From NCBI RefSeq assembly GCF_964355755.1, contig NC_092671.1, forward strand, positions 15,066,001 through 15,130,000: a DNA stretch of 64,000 nucleotides, written 5' to 3'. The DNA comes from Antedon mediterranea (Eukaryota; Animalia; Echinodermata). The translations under genes were made by a program, and so were the position numbers. Below, in pieces: positions 25,891 to 36,340 of this stretch (position 1 is its first letter; each line of letters starts with the position of its first letter). The notes under the pieces were generated by a model, which saw only the letters and a list, made by a program, of their open reading frames with translations, was not told the DNA's origin and ran no database searches.

Positions 25891-26433
25891 TTGCTTTCGA
25901 ATAATTAGTGCAAATATAGCTACATGTTAAAGATTGAATCGAACATTTTGGAATAATTTTGCAAGTGTGTTTTTTTTGTACGTAGTAAGCCATTAATTAA
26001 AGAGAATAGGTAAGCACAGTACCCATGTATTATGATTGCACGTAACACGAATGATGTAATAGGCCTATTGTAGATTATGCTTTTTTCGTACACCTTTGGA
26101 ATGAAAAGGACTAAGTAGCGCAAACGCCTATATTATGGCAATTTTGCGATTTATAATAATCTATTTTATAATTTTTTTCCAGCATAAAATTATGTATGTA
26201 TTAACATAACTCTATAGGGAGAGTTGGACCTACTGAACCTGCGTCTCCGCCACTCGTCTGATCTCTTTGATAAATTATTTGCATATCTGCAACTTCCTTT
26301 ACTCCGATTTGCTTTGTACTTTATTCTTAGTTGAGGCTTGTATGTATGACAAGATAAATGTAAGAACATAACTTCATTTGTTAATGTATAGGCCTAATTT
26401 ATTCTTATTAGATATCACCTGTACTTGTACAAT

Positions 26434-27972
26434 ATGACGTCATTAACAGACTTACAAAACCAGCTTCAGGGATTTCCCTGTCACTTTATTTGGGAACTTG
26501 AAAAGAAGTCGATCAAACAATTCGGATCTCTGGTGAAGCTTATTGACGAGCATATCAGCGATTCTCCTGCAATGGTAATTGAGGGATTGTTGTTCAAAAG
26601 CTACCTTTTCTTTTCGGAGTTCAGAGGAAATGCAGAAAAGAACAAAGCCGGAGCAATGGAATGTATCGAGGAAGTACGCCGTAAGATTCGAGAGGAAGAT
26701 CCATCCAAACAGCCCAATAATAATGGTTATTTGGCAATCGCTATTGCTCTTGAAGCCTGGTTCAACCATCGTGACCAGGATAAGCTCGAAGCTAACATTC
26801 GGGAACTGCAGAGGCTTGAATCACTCTATGAGGATGGATCACCAGAACATAATATGTTTAAAGGAAGTATCCACGCAACAAAGGGGTTTGCTTTGACACG
26901 TGTTGGTATGAATCGGTATTCTGAGAGTATTCAAGAGTTTGAAACAGCATTGGAATTATGCCCAGGGGAAAAAGACTGGCTCTTTTCAGTCGGCCTTGTG
27001 AGGTGGAGATTAGCTAAAGCCGCAGTTGTTAATCGGAATGGATTATGTGATGGTATGGGAAAAGTAGAAAGTATTTTCAATGAGGTTATAAAATTGAATC
27101 CTCAGCACAGCTATGCAATGGTTTTGATTGCAGAAATAAAACGAAGAAAAAAAACATTTCCAAGAGCACAATACTATTTAAAATGTGCTTTAAAAGTAGA
27201 ACCAGTACGTCATCATATATTAGGACAGGCAGCATCAGTGTACAGAAAGATGAAACAGTATGAAAACGCCCTGCGTGTTCTACATATCGCCGAGAAAATG
27301 GAAGGGTGTGGTTCTTTCATTTTTCACCAATTATACCTAGTGTATCGCGATATTTCATATAACGGTATTGCTGGATATAGTCCACCCAAGCTGGATTATC
27401 TCCAACTATCAATTGATTTGAATCCTTCAAATCTTGCTGCAAAAATTGATCGTGCCAATGAACTCTCGGCTACAGTACATGCTGAAGCTGCCGAAGAATA
27501 CTTCAACCATATTCTAGACAACGTAGAAAACGACACAGAGTCAGTGATTGTCGTCACTTACCAGTTTGCTACGTTCTTCCAAAAACAAAATAAAAGCAAC
27601 GAAGCAATTGGTCAGTTTCAAATAATTGTAGACCGAGCGTTAAATGAATGTAAAGAAGACGGTGGTCCGCCATTCACTTTCTTTAGAGAGATTAATTGGA
27701 GGGTAAAAAAGTCTATCGAAAGCATCATAGAACATCATGAAAATGTGCTTACAGACGATGCAATGGATATAAAGTCACGACTATTGCTAGCAGACTTAGA
27801 AAAGAAACTTGGTAACACAGAAACTGCTTACAAGCACTATCAACAAATACTTGACTTGGGATTGAACATTAACGAAGAACGCAAACGGACTATTCTACAA
27901 TACTTGGCTTCCGCCAAAAATGAAAACGTTGGTGACGTTGATGGCATAATTGTAGCCATAAAACACTTGTAG
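26434..27972 (+). CDS. IFIT: IFIT-like tetratricopeptide-repeat protein, copy 1 (512 aa, single coding exon)
   Basis: IFIT N-terminal signature L..FPCHFIWEL; KGFALTRVG..RY...FETALEL.P, WRL, VYRK, FIFHQL.LVYR and multiple TPRs. True start is ATG 26434, after the acceptor at 26411 (the ORF track started at TTG). Confidence 0.88.
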   Translation: MTSLTDLQNQLQGFPCHFIWELEKKSIKQFGSLVKLIDEHISDSPAMVIEGLLFKSYLFFSEFRGNAEKNKAGAMECIEEVRRKIREEDPSKQPNNNGYLAIAIALEAWFNHRDQDKLEANIRELQRLESLYEDGSPEHNMFKGSIHATKGFALTRVGMNRYSESIQEFETALELCPGEKDWLFSVGLVRWRLAKAAVVNRNGLCDGMGKVESIFNEVIKLNPQHSYAMVLIAEIKRRKKTFPRAQYYLKCALKVEPVRHHILGQAASVYRKMKQYENALRVLHIAEKMEGCGSFIFHQLYLVYRDISYNGIAGYSPPKLDYLQLSIDLNPSNLAAKIDRANELSATVHAEAAEEYFNHILDNVENDTESVIVVTYQFATFFQKQNKSNEAIGQFQIIVDRALNECKEDGGPPFTFFREINWRVKKSIESIIEHHENVLTDDAMDIKSRLLLADLEKKLGNTETAYKHYQQILDLGLNINEERKRTILQYLASAKNENVGDVDGIIVAIKHL

Positions 27973-28821
27973 ACTCACTGTGCTGTATTTACAACAGGTG
28001 GTACAATGTTCTACAAATAAACACTGAACTAAATTAATTTTATTAGACCTAATTCTGTCAAAGTATAGATTTTATCCCATAAAAGCAATCAAAATACGTC
28101 CATTTAATACTTGAGAGATGGCGCTACATCTTCACTCCCCATGATCCATTGTTATATGCTGTATGATTCTTTTTCTGGTTTCGACCGGGATAAAATCCTC
28201 AAATTCGATTGATTGACTGACCTATTCATTGTGGAAATAGATATTTAAAATACATGGGACTCGGCTGTACGAGTCAAGACGGGTGTGGCCCAGTTTATAG
28301 TATTTAACACTCGGTGTGTGGCACGATCAGCCGTTGACATAACGTGTTTGAAAAAGAGACAATTGAGTGTCAGGAGACATAAACAGTAACCAATGTGAGA
28401 GTCAGCAGACATGAAACTGCCGGTATTATTGTCTCTTGACATGATGCCGTACTTGAGTTGGGTGTCGAAGCGATAATATTATAACTATATTATATAGAAT
28501 TCGTAGAACTTTTCTTTTTAAAGAAAATAAATAATTACTAAAGATAGGATATTATAAATTTAATTTCATTGTTTAAAAGTATTATATTCTATACTGTAGC
28601 TATACTTTTATTTTGTGTATTATAGTCATAAATAAGTTACAGGTGAAACCAAAAGAAACTATCAACGTTTTCATCAAGAAAACAGTCTACACACAATTAT
28701 TGATTTATAAATTTATAATGGATAAGGCCTATTATTTCATCCAAAACAAATTGTGTCTTTTTTGTTCTTCTAATATTAGAGAAATGGTTAATAAAATGTC
28801 ATTTATTTACTTCCTTGTCCG

Positions 28822-28935
28822 ATTGGTTAATACCATCACGTGACCCGTCGTTCGGGAAATTCCCACGTCACACCTATAAAATTGCTTTCGACACTACGAT
28901 ATACTGTCTTAAATGGTTGATTGAAATGGAAAGCG
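28822..28935 (+). promoter_or_regulatory. Putative NF-kB/IRF-responsive promoter of IFIT-like copy 2
   Basis: ATTGG 28822-28826, TCACGTGA 28836-28843, GGGAAATTCCC 28854-28864, ACGTCA 28865-28870, TATAAAA 28875-28881, ISRE-like GAAATGGAAA 28923-28932. Confidence 0.65.
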
Positions 28936-29446
28936 ACGAAGACTAATTTCTATACAATGAGGTCGAAATAATATATATTCCAGTACTGTATACTGTACAG
29001 TATATACTGTACTTGTTAGGATTGTTGTTCTAACTTCACAGTCACATGGGAAGAGTAGGAAATGTAACTAGGAAGGGTAGGTAGGCCTATTTATTGTTTG
29101 TCGTAATGACGGATAGGCTGCAGATGATGTAGGCGTAGGCATATACATTTTTATACATACAGGATTTATTTGCATGTTACTCCCACTTGGCGGCAAGTAA
29201 TCAATTTCTGATGGCTGTTTTATGTTAAAAAGTATTGTTACAAGTAAAAAATGGCTGCTTTCCACCGTCTACAAGTAAGATCGTTATCCTCTAAATAATC
29301 TTATAATTTTTTAGAAATAAATTTAAAATGAAAACAACTTAAAATTGACAAATTAAAATACTAGAATTCAAGTTTCAAGCACTATATTATTTGTATATAT
29401 AAACATTAAAATATAACTTATTCAATTATAGCTGGTGTTTTAAGGT

Positions 29447-30985
29447 ATGGCGTCATTAACAGACTTACAGAGCCAGCTTCGGGCATTTCCCTGTCACTTT
29501 ATGTGGGAACTTGAAAAGAAGTCTATCAAACAATTCGGATCTCTCGTGAAGCTTATTGACGAGCATATCAGCGATTCTTCTGCTATGGTAATTGAAGGAA
29601 AATTGTTCAAAAGCTACCTTTTCTTTTCGGGGTTCAGAGGAAATGCTGAAAAGAACAAAGCCGGAGCAATGGAATGTATCGAGGAAGTACGCCGTAAGAT
29701 TCAAGGGGAAGATCTATCCAAACAGCCCAGTAATAATGGTTATTTGGCAATCGCTATTGCTCTTGAAGCCTGGTTCGACCGTCGTGACCAGGATAAGCTC
29801 GAAGCTAACATTCGGGAACTGCAGAGGCTTGAATCACTCTATGAGGATGGATCACCAGAACATAATATGTTTAAAGGAAGTATCCACGCAACAAAGGGGT
29901 TTGCTTTGACACGTGTTGGTATGAATCGGTATTCTGAGAGTATTCAAGAGTTTGAAACAGCATTGGAATTATGCCCAGGGGAAAAAGACTGGCTCTTTTC
30001 AGTCGGCCTTGTGAGGTGGAGATTAGCTAAAGCCGCAGTTGTTAATCGGAATGGATTATGTGATGGTATGGGAAAAGTAGAAAGTATTTTCAATGAGGTT
30101 ATAAAATTGAATCCTCAGCACAGCTATGCAATGGTTTTGATTGCAGAAATAAAACGAAGAAAAAAAACATTTCCAAGAGCACAATACTATTTAAAATGTG
30201 CTTTAAAAGTAGAACCAGTACGTCATCATATATTAGGACAGGCAGCATCAGTGTACAGAAAGATGAAACAGTATGAAAACGCCCTGCGTGTTCTACATAT
30301 CGCCGAGAAAATGGAAGGGTGTGGTTCTTTCATTTTTCACCAATTATACCTAGTGTATCGCGATATTTCATATAACGGTATTGCTGGATATAGTCCACCC
30401 AAGCTGGATTATCTCCAACTATCAATTGATTTGAATCCTTCAAATCTTGCTGCAAAAATTGATCGTGCCAATGAACTCTCGGCTACAGTACATGCTGAAG
30501 CTGCCGAAGAATACTTCAACCATATTCTAGACAACGTAGAAAACGACACAGAGTCAGTGATTGTCGTCACTTACCAGTTTGCTACGTTCTTCCAAAAACA
30601 AAATAAAAGCAACGAAGCAATTGGTCAGTTTCAAATAATTGTAGACCGAGCGTTAAATGAATGTAAAGAAGACGGTGGTCCGCCATTCACTTTCTTTAGA
30701 GAGATTAATTGGAGGGTAAAAAAGTCTATCGAAACCATCATAGAACATCATGAAAATGTGCTTACAGACGATGCAATGGATATAAAGTCACGACTATTGC
30801 TAGCAGACTTAGAAAAGAAACTTGGTAACACAGCAACTGCTTACAAGCACTATCAACAAATACTTGACTTGGGATTGAACATTAACGAAGAACGCAAACG
30901 GACAATTCTACAATTCTTGGCTGCCGCCAAAAATGAAAACGTTGGTGACGTTGATGGCATAATTGTAGCCATAAAACACTTGTAG
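29447..30985 (+). CDS. IFIT: IFIT-like TPR protein, copy 2 (512 aa; chimeric)
   Basis: CHFMWEL signature. Near-identical to copy 1 after ~aa 114; upstream region and extreme N-terminus match copy 3. Confidence 0.88.
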   Translation: MASLTDLQSQLRAFPCHFMWELEKKSIKQFGSLVKLIDEHISDSSAMVIEGKLFKSYLFFSGFRGNAEKNKAGAMECIEEVRRKIQGEDLSKQPSNNGYLAIAIALEAWFDRRDQDKLEANIRELQRLESLYEDGSPEHNMFKGSIHATKGFALTRVGMNRYSESIQEFETALELCPGEKDWLFSVGLVRWRLAKAAVVNRNGLCDGMGKVESIFNEVIKLNPQHSYAMVLIAEIKRRKKTFPRAQYYLKCALKVEPVRHHILGQAASVYRKMKQYENALRVLHIAEKMEGCGSFIFHQLYLVYRDISYNGIAGYSPPKLDYLQLSIDLNPSNLAAKIDRANELSATVHAEAAEEYFNHILDNVENDTESVIVVTYQFATFFQKQNKSNEAIGQFQIIVDRALNECKEDGGPPFTFFREINWRVKKSIETIIEHHENVLTDDAMDIKSRLLLADLEKKLGNTATAYKHYQQILDLGLNINEERKRTILQFLAAAKNENVGDVDGIIVAIKHL

Positions 30986-31804
30986 ACTCACTGTGCTGTA
31001 TTTACAACAGGTGGTACAATGTTCTACAAATAAACACTGAACTAAATTAATTTTATTAGACCTAATTCTGTCAAAGTATATATTTTATCCCATAAAAGCA
31101 ATCAAAATACGTCCATTTTACTTGAGAGATGGCGCTACATCTTCACTCCCCATGATCCATTGTTATATGCTGTATGATTCTTTTTCTGGTTTCGACCGGG
31201 ATAAAATCCTCAAATTCGATTGACTGACTGACCTATTCATTGTGGAAATAGATATTTAAAATACATGGGAGATGCTGTACGAGTCAACACTCGGTGTGTG
31301 GCACGATCAGCCGTTGACATAACATGTTTGAAAAAGAGACAATTGAGTATCAGGAGACATAAACAGTAACCAATGTGAGAGTCAGCAGACATGAAACTGC
31401 CGGTATTATTGTCTCTTGACATGATGCCGTACTTGAGTTGGGTGTCGAAGCGATAATATTATAACTATATTATATAGAATTCGTAGAACTATTCTTTTTA
31501 AAGAAAATAAATAATTACTAAAGATAGGATATTATAAATTTAATTTCATTGTTTAAAAGTATTACATTCTATAGGCCTACTGTAGCCTATTAACTTTTAT
31601 TTTGTGTATTATAGTCATAAATAAGTTTCAGGTGAAACCAAAACTATCAACGTTTTCATCAAGAAAACAGTCTACACACAACTATTGATTTATAAATTGA
31701 TAATGGATAAGGCCTATTATTTCATCCAAAACAAATTGTGTCTTTTCTGTTCTAATATTAGAGGAAATGGTTAATAAAATGTCATTTATTTCCTTCCTTG
31801 TCCG

Positions 31805-31920
31805 ATTGGTTAATACCATCACGTGACCCTCTTTCGGGAAATTCCCACGTCACACCTATAAAATGTTAATGCGTTCGACACAACGATATACTGTCTTAAA
31901 TGCTTTATTGGAATGGAAAG
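31805..31920 (+). promoter_or_regulatory. Putative NF-kB/IRF/STAT-responsive promoter of IFIT-like copy 3
   Basis: ATTGG 31805-31809, TCACGTGA 31819-31826, GAS-like TTTCGGGAA 31832-31840 overlapping GGGAAATTCCC 31836-31846, TATAAAA 31857-31863, GGAATGGAAA 31910-31919. Confidence 0.65.
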
Positions 31921-32409
31921 CGACTATAAGACTAATTTCTATACAATGAGGTCGAAATAACATATTCCAGATACTATACAGTATATACTGCACTTGTTAG
32001 GATTGTTGTTTTAACCTCACATGAAAAGAGCCATAGGTAGGAAATGTAACTAGGAAGGGTAGGCCTATTTATTGTTCGTCGTAATGACGGATAGGCTGCC
32101 GATGATGTAGGCGTAGGCATTATACATGGTGTATAAGGATTTATTTGCATGTTACTCCCACTTCGGTGGCAAGTCATCAATTTCTGATGGCTGTTTTATG
32201 TTACAAGTAAAAAATGGCTGCTTTCCACCGTCTACAAGTAAGATCGTTATCCTCTAAATAATCTTATAATTTTGTAGAAATAAATTTAAAATGAAAACAA
32301 CTTAAAATTGACGAATTAAAATACCAGAATTCAAGTTTCAAGCACTATATTATTTGTATATATAAACATTAAAATATAACTTATTCAATTATAGCTGGTG
32401 TTTTAAGGT

Positions 32410-34557
32410 ATGGCGTTATTAACAGACTTACAGAGCCAGCTTCGGGCATTTCCTTGTCACTTTATGTGGGAACTTGAAAAGAAGTCTATCAAACAATTCG
32501 GATCTCTTATGAAGCTTATTGATGAGCATATCAGCGATTCTCCTGCTATGGTAATTGAAGGATTATTGTTCAAAAGCTACCTTTTCTTTTCGGAGTTCAG
32601 AGGAAATGCTGAAAAGAAAAAAGCCAGAGCAATGGAATGTATCGATGAAGTACGCCGTAAGATTCGAGAGGAAGACCCATCCAAACAGCCCAGTAATAAT
32701 GGTTATTTGTTAATCGCTATTACTCTTGAAGCCTGGTTCGACCGTCGCGACAAGAAGAGACTCGAATCTAACATTCGGGAGCTGAGGAAATTAAATTCAC
32801 TCTATGAGGATGGATCACCAGAGCATAATATGTTTAAAGGAAGTATCCACGCAACAAAGGGATTTGCCTTGTCACGTGTAGGTATGAATCGGTATTCTGA
32901 GAGTATTAAAGAGTTTGAAACAGCATTGGAATTATGCCCAGGGGAAAAAGACTGGCTCTTTTCAGTCGGCCTTGTGAGGTGGAGATTAGCCAAAGCCGCA
33001 GTTAAAAACCGACATGAATTTTGTCCCGATATGACGACAGTGCTAAGTATTTTCTATGATGTTTTAAAAATGGATTCAGAACATAGTCTCGCATTAGTTT
33101 ATATTGCAGAAATAAGACGTAGAAAGAAAAATATTCACAAGGCTAAACAATTCTTAAAGAATGCACTGAGGAAACATCCAGTACGTCAAAAAGTACTAGG
33201 TGAAGCAATAGGAGTGTACAGGAAGATGGCATGTTTTGATGAAGCCATAAGAGTTATAAATATCGCTGAACAATTAGAAGAGCCCAGTTCTTTCATTTAT
33301 CACCAAGCATATCTTGTGTACCGAGATATCTCAGCTCCAAGACATCGTGATCAATATTCACCCCCCAATATAGATTATCTCCAAAAAGCTATCGACACGA
33401 ATCCATCTAATCTTGCCGCAAAATTTGATCGCGCCAAGGAATTGATATATGCAAGGAAATACGATGAAGCTACCGAATACTATAATCAGCTTTTTGAAAA
33501 TTTTGAAGATGACCCAGAATCTGTGATTCGCATCAATTCTCAATTTGCTTTGTTCCTTCAAAAGCAAAAGAAACAAAATGAAGCTATTGATAAACATCAA
33601 ATGGTAATTGACGTGGCTTTAGAAGAATTTCTGGAAGATAGAGGTCCACCAATCATTTTCTTTATGGAGATTGATTGGGTGGTGAAACAATCTATTGAAA
33701 CGACCGAAAAGTTTCATGAAAAAGTGCTTAGTACCGATCTAAGAAATATACCATCACGATTACAGCTAGCAGAATTAAAAGACAAACTGGGAAATACAAA
33801 ACGTGCTTGTTGGCACTTTCAAAAAGCACTTGACTTAAACATTGACGAAGAACGCAGGTGGTATATTCTAGAATACTTAGCTGCTGTAAAGACAAAGAAT
33901 AAGACCTTAGACGACGTTGATGTCATAATTGAACATATGAAACAATTGAATATTTCGTATCCTAAGCCTGATGTTATAAATGAAAGGAAGGCAGCTCTAG
34001 CGGTGGAGAGAGGCAAAGTTGCACTACGTGATGATAAAAAAGAAGACGCTATTGAGTTGTTCAAGGAATCGACAACACTCGGTAACATTAATGGAGCAAA
34101 ACTTCTACTCGATGAGGTAAAACAAATGGACAGAGAAAATAGAAACGTTTATATCTATTGTGCCCACATTGATGTTTGCATTGAAAATAGTCTTGAAGAA
34201 GACAAGGAGCTATCAAATGAATTACAGGAGAATATATCAAAACTACTTTCTGCCGATTCTTCTTCTGTTGGTATTGTTTTACAAGATCTAAGAGAGGCAC
34301 AATTCAGAATGGAGCGTAGTGTACTACAAAACAGTGCGCAGCTCGTGTCTTTAAGAGTTGAGGTAATTCACAAATGTCGAACAATCCTCAACCAGACAAT
34401 GACCAAATTTAGAGATCGTCATTATAAAACTGTTGACAGTAGTTGTGATTATTTCAACATACCAAAGTGTTCGTCTGTTGATATTGCAAATAAAGTCAAG
34501 AAGAAACTCCAGACGTCATATAAGTGGGCTAAATTTAGTGAACGATTTCCATTCTAG
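32410..34557 (+). CDS. IFIT: IFIT-like TPR protein, copy 3, with C-terminal extension (715 aa to an in-frame TAG; ~797 aa if read into the last exon)
   Basis: IFIT signature and TPRs as in copies 1/2, then a further TPR/SEL1-like repeat and a helical domain starting EVIHKCRTILNQ. The frame continues after the TAG to a GTAAGT donor at 34576. Confidence 0.85.
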   Translation: MALLTDLQSQLRAFPCHFMWELEKKSIKQFGSLMKLIDEHISDSPAMVIEGLLFKSYLFFSEFRGNAEKKKARAMECIDEVRRKIREEDPSKQPSNNGYLLIAITLEAWFDRRDKKRLESNIRELRKLNSLYEDGSPEHNMFKGSIHATKGFALSRVGMNRYSESIKEFETALELCPGEKDWLFSVGLVRWRLAKAAVKNRHEFCPDMTTVLSIFYDVLKMDSEHSLALVYIAEIRRRKKNIHKAKQFLKNALRKHPVRQKVLGEAIGVYRKMACFDEAIRVINIAEQLEEPSSFIYHQAYLVYRDISAPRHRDQYSPPNIDYLQKAIDTNPSNLAAKFDRAKELIYARKYDEATEYYNQLFENFEDDPESVIRINSQFALFLQKQKKQNEAIDKHQMVIDVALEEFLEDRGPPIIFFMEIDWVVKQSIETTEKFHEKVLSTDLRNIPSRLQLAELKDKLGNTKRACWHFQKALDLNIDEERRWYILEYLAAVKTKNKTLDDVDVIIEHMKQLNISYPKPDVINERKAALAVERGKVALRDDKKEDAIELFKESTTLGNINGAKLLLDEVKQMDRENRNVYIYCAHIDVCIENSLEEDKELSNELQENISKLLSADSSSVGIVLQDLREAQFRMERSVLQNSAQLVSLRVEVIHKCRTILNQTMTKFRDRHYKTVDSSCDYFNIPKCSSVDIANKVKKKLQTSYKWAKFSERFPF

Positions 34558-34796
34558 TTGGAGTTTCTTGTTTCAGTAAGTATTTTCTTTTCGTTCTTAG
34601 CATTAACTAAACGTTGATTCAATTATTTTAGGTTTTTAGGTAATAACGTCTTTGTATGCAAAAATACAACAATTAAAACTCATGTGCCTATGCTCATATA
34701 AAAATAAGTATGTCTTTTTAAATCACCATTTCGCAATTTTTAGGACTACTCCTTTTTTTACTGGATAATAACAAATATTGTTTTTAATTAATTCAG

Positions 34797-35024
34797 ATTC
34801 AACCGGCATCCAACCCTAAAAAAAACAACTGGTTGTTTGCACTGTTGAGAATGGATAACTCAAATAAACACGAAAGTCCTTTAGGAGACAAGCTGAAAAT
34901 AAATGTGTATTCAGACGAGTTAGGAAACATGGCAGAGCGGGAGTTTCTAACACTTGATGTTGCACGAGAAGCTTGTGACAAGATTAAAAATATCTTAGAT
35001 GCATTTTATATGTACTTACCGTAA
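34797..35024 (+). CDS. Terminal exon of IFIT-like copy 3, encoding the C-terminal half of a HEPN-like domain (downstream of a premature stop)
   Basis: Phase-0 intron 34576-34796 (GTAAGT...TTCAG). The exon reads IQPASNPKKNNWLFALLRMDNSNKHESP...DVAREACDKIKNILDAFYMYLP*, in frame with copy 3. Confidence 0.65.
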   Translation: MQPASNPKKNNWLFALLRMDNSNKHESPLGDKLKINVYSDELGNMAEREFLTLDVAREACDKIKNILDAFYMYLP

Positions 35025-35033
35025 AACCTCTAA

Positions 35034-35182
35034 AGCTTGGTCCCCACTTTCATGCAAAACAAGGCAAGAAATTTGACCAATCATGACGCGATGAAGAATC
35101 ATCTGAACTGTCGCTTGTGATTGATCAACTCACTTGCGGTGCGCTTACATTATTGCATTGCGTTTAAGTGGGAACCGCGCTT
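35034..35182. mobile_element. Harbinger-like MITE just 3' of IFIT copy 3
   Basis: Imperfect TIR AGCTTGGTCCCCACT / AGTGGGAACCGCGCT with TAA/TTA flanks. Confidence 0.6.
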
Positions 35183-35959
35183 TATCGTCGTGGTGGGTTA
35201 CTATTGTGTATTGCGTGGAAATGTGGGCCTATGTTATACGGTAAATGCTGATTAACAAATATAGGCCTTAAGTGACTCTTGTATTCTATTGCTGCCTCAT
35301 CTCTATTACAACTAGCTCTTTGAAGGATGTTATTATAAAATAGATTAACAAAATTGTATAGTATTTATTATTTACTTAAAATCTTTAACAAATTGTTCAC
35401 AGCCTCGTGTTTGAAATAGTTGAGTGTTTTACTTTTTAAATCTTTAAGAAGAGCGATCTAACTTCCGGATGATCGTCTTCTTTAAAGTACTGTAGTTATG
35501 CCAACAATCATATCGTTTAGCAATGCATTTTGATCTTAGAGATTATACATTATTTTAAAGCTCAGAAGAAGTACCCTTCAACATTTGTAAAGAATTTCTA
35601 AATTCCATTTAAGAAGCTAACTAAACATTTCGAAAACGCATTGTTTTGCTGATTTACAGTACACTACTGGTATCGGTGTCCTTTTGTAGGAATGAGAATA
35701 AAAAAATAAGTACGTTTGCCAATGATGCAGTAGCTCGTTTTATTATTTAATTGTTTATTTCAAAACCAACAGCGATTCATCGCCACTGACTGGTAGAAAT
35801 TAGCTATACTAATAAATAAAACAATATATGACGTACATATGAGTGTTTATGAGTACAATGGTACAAGTAATTTCATGATGTAAAAGATGAAAGGTGAAAA
35901 TCTCAAAGTGAGGAACACGTTTACATTGATAATGAACGATTCTATAACACGTCACTATA

Positions 35960-36340
35960 CCGTAAACCTCGAAAAGAAGCCCATGGGCTTCTTTTAAAAA
36001 TGAGCTTCTTTTTTAGATTTACTTTAGTAAATTGAAGATTATTTTCGAAATGAATGCTGTAGAATTTGCTACTACATAATACGATTTTGAGACATTACCG
36101 GTACCTGCCAATTATGCATTATTTGTGATCAAAATACCATTTTCAATTGTAAATGGCATTAAACACCTTGTTTCTTTGAAATTCAAAGCTTTCTCAACAT
36201 GAAGCTCATACTATCTTAAAAAGAAGCCCAGTGGGCTTGATTTCGGCGTGGGCTTGGCTTCTATTCGAGATTACTTTTGCAGACCAAAGAGAGGGGCGGG
36301 GGGGGGGGGGGTTCTTTTCAAGATGGGCCTCTTTTCAAAT
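35960..36340. mobile_element. Truncated TA-CCGT-type MITE with AAAAGAAGCCC internal repeats
   Basis: TATA|CCGTAAACCTCGAAAAGAAGCCC with direct and inverted GGGCTT repeats; right end degenerate. Confidence 0.45.

Noticed and set aside
26425-26433. TTG start for IFIT copy 1 in the ORF track
   Set aside because: ATG 26434 aligns with the starts of copies 2 and 3 and gives the same 512 aa.
26452-26896. Overlapping antisense/alternate-frame ORFs in IFIT copies (also 29465-29909, 32802-34300)
   Set aside because: Shadow ORFs; they recur only because the DNA is duplicated.
28245-28442. Small ORF repeated at 31237-31422
   Set aside because: Part of the duplicated intergenic block; the indel between copies changes the frame and there is no recognisable motif.
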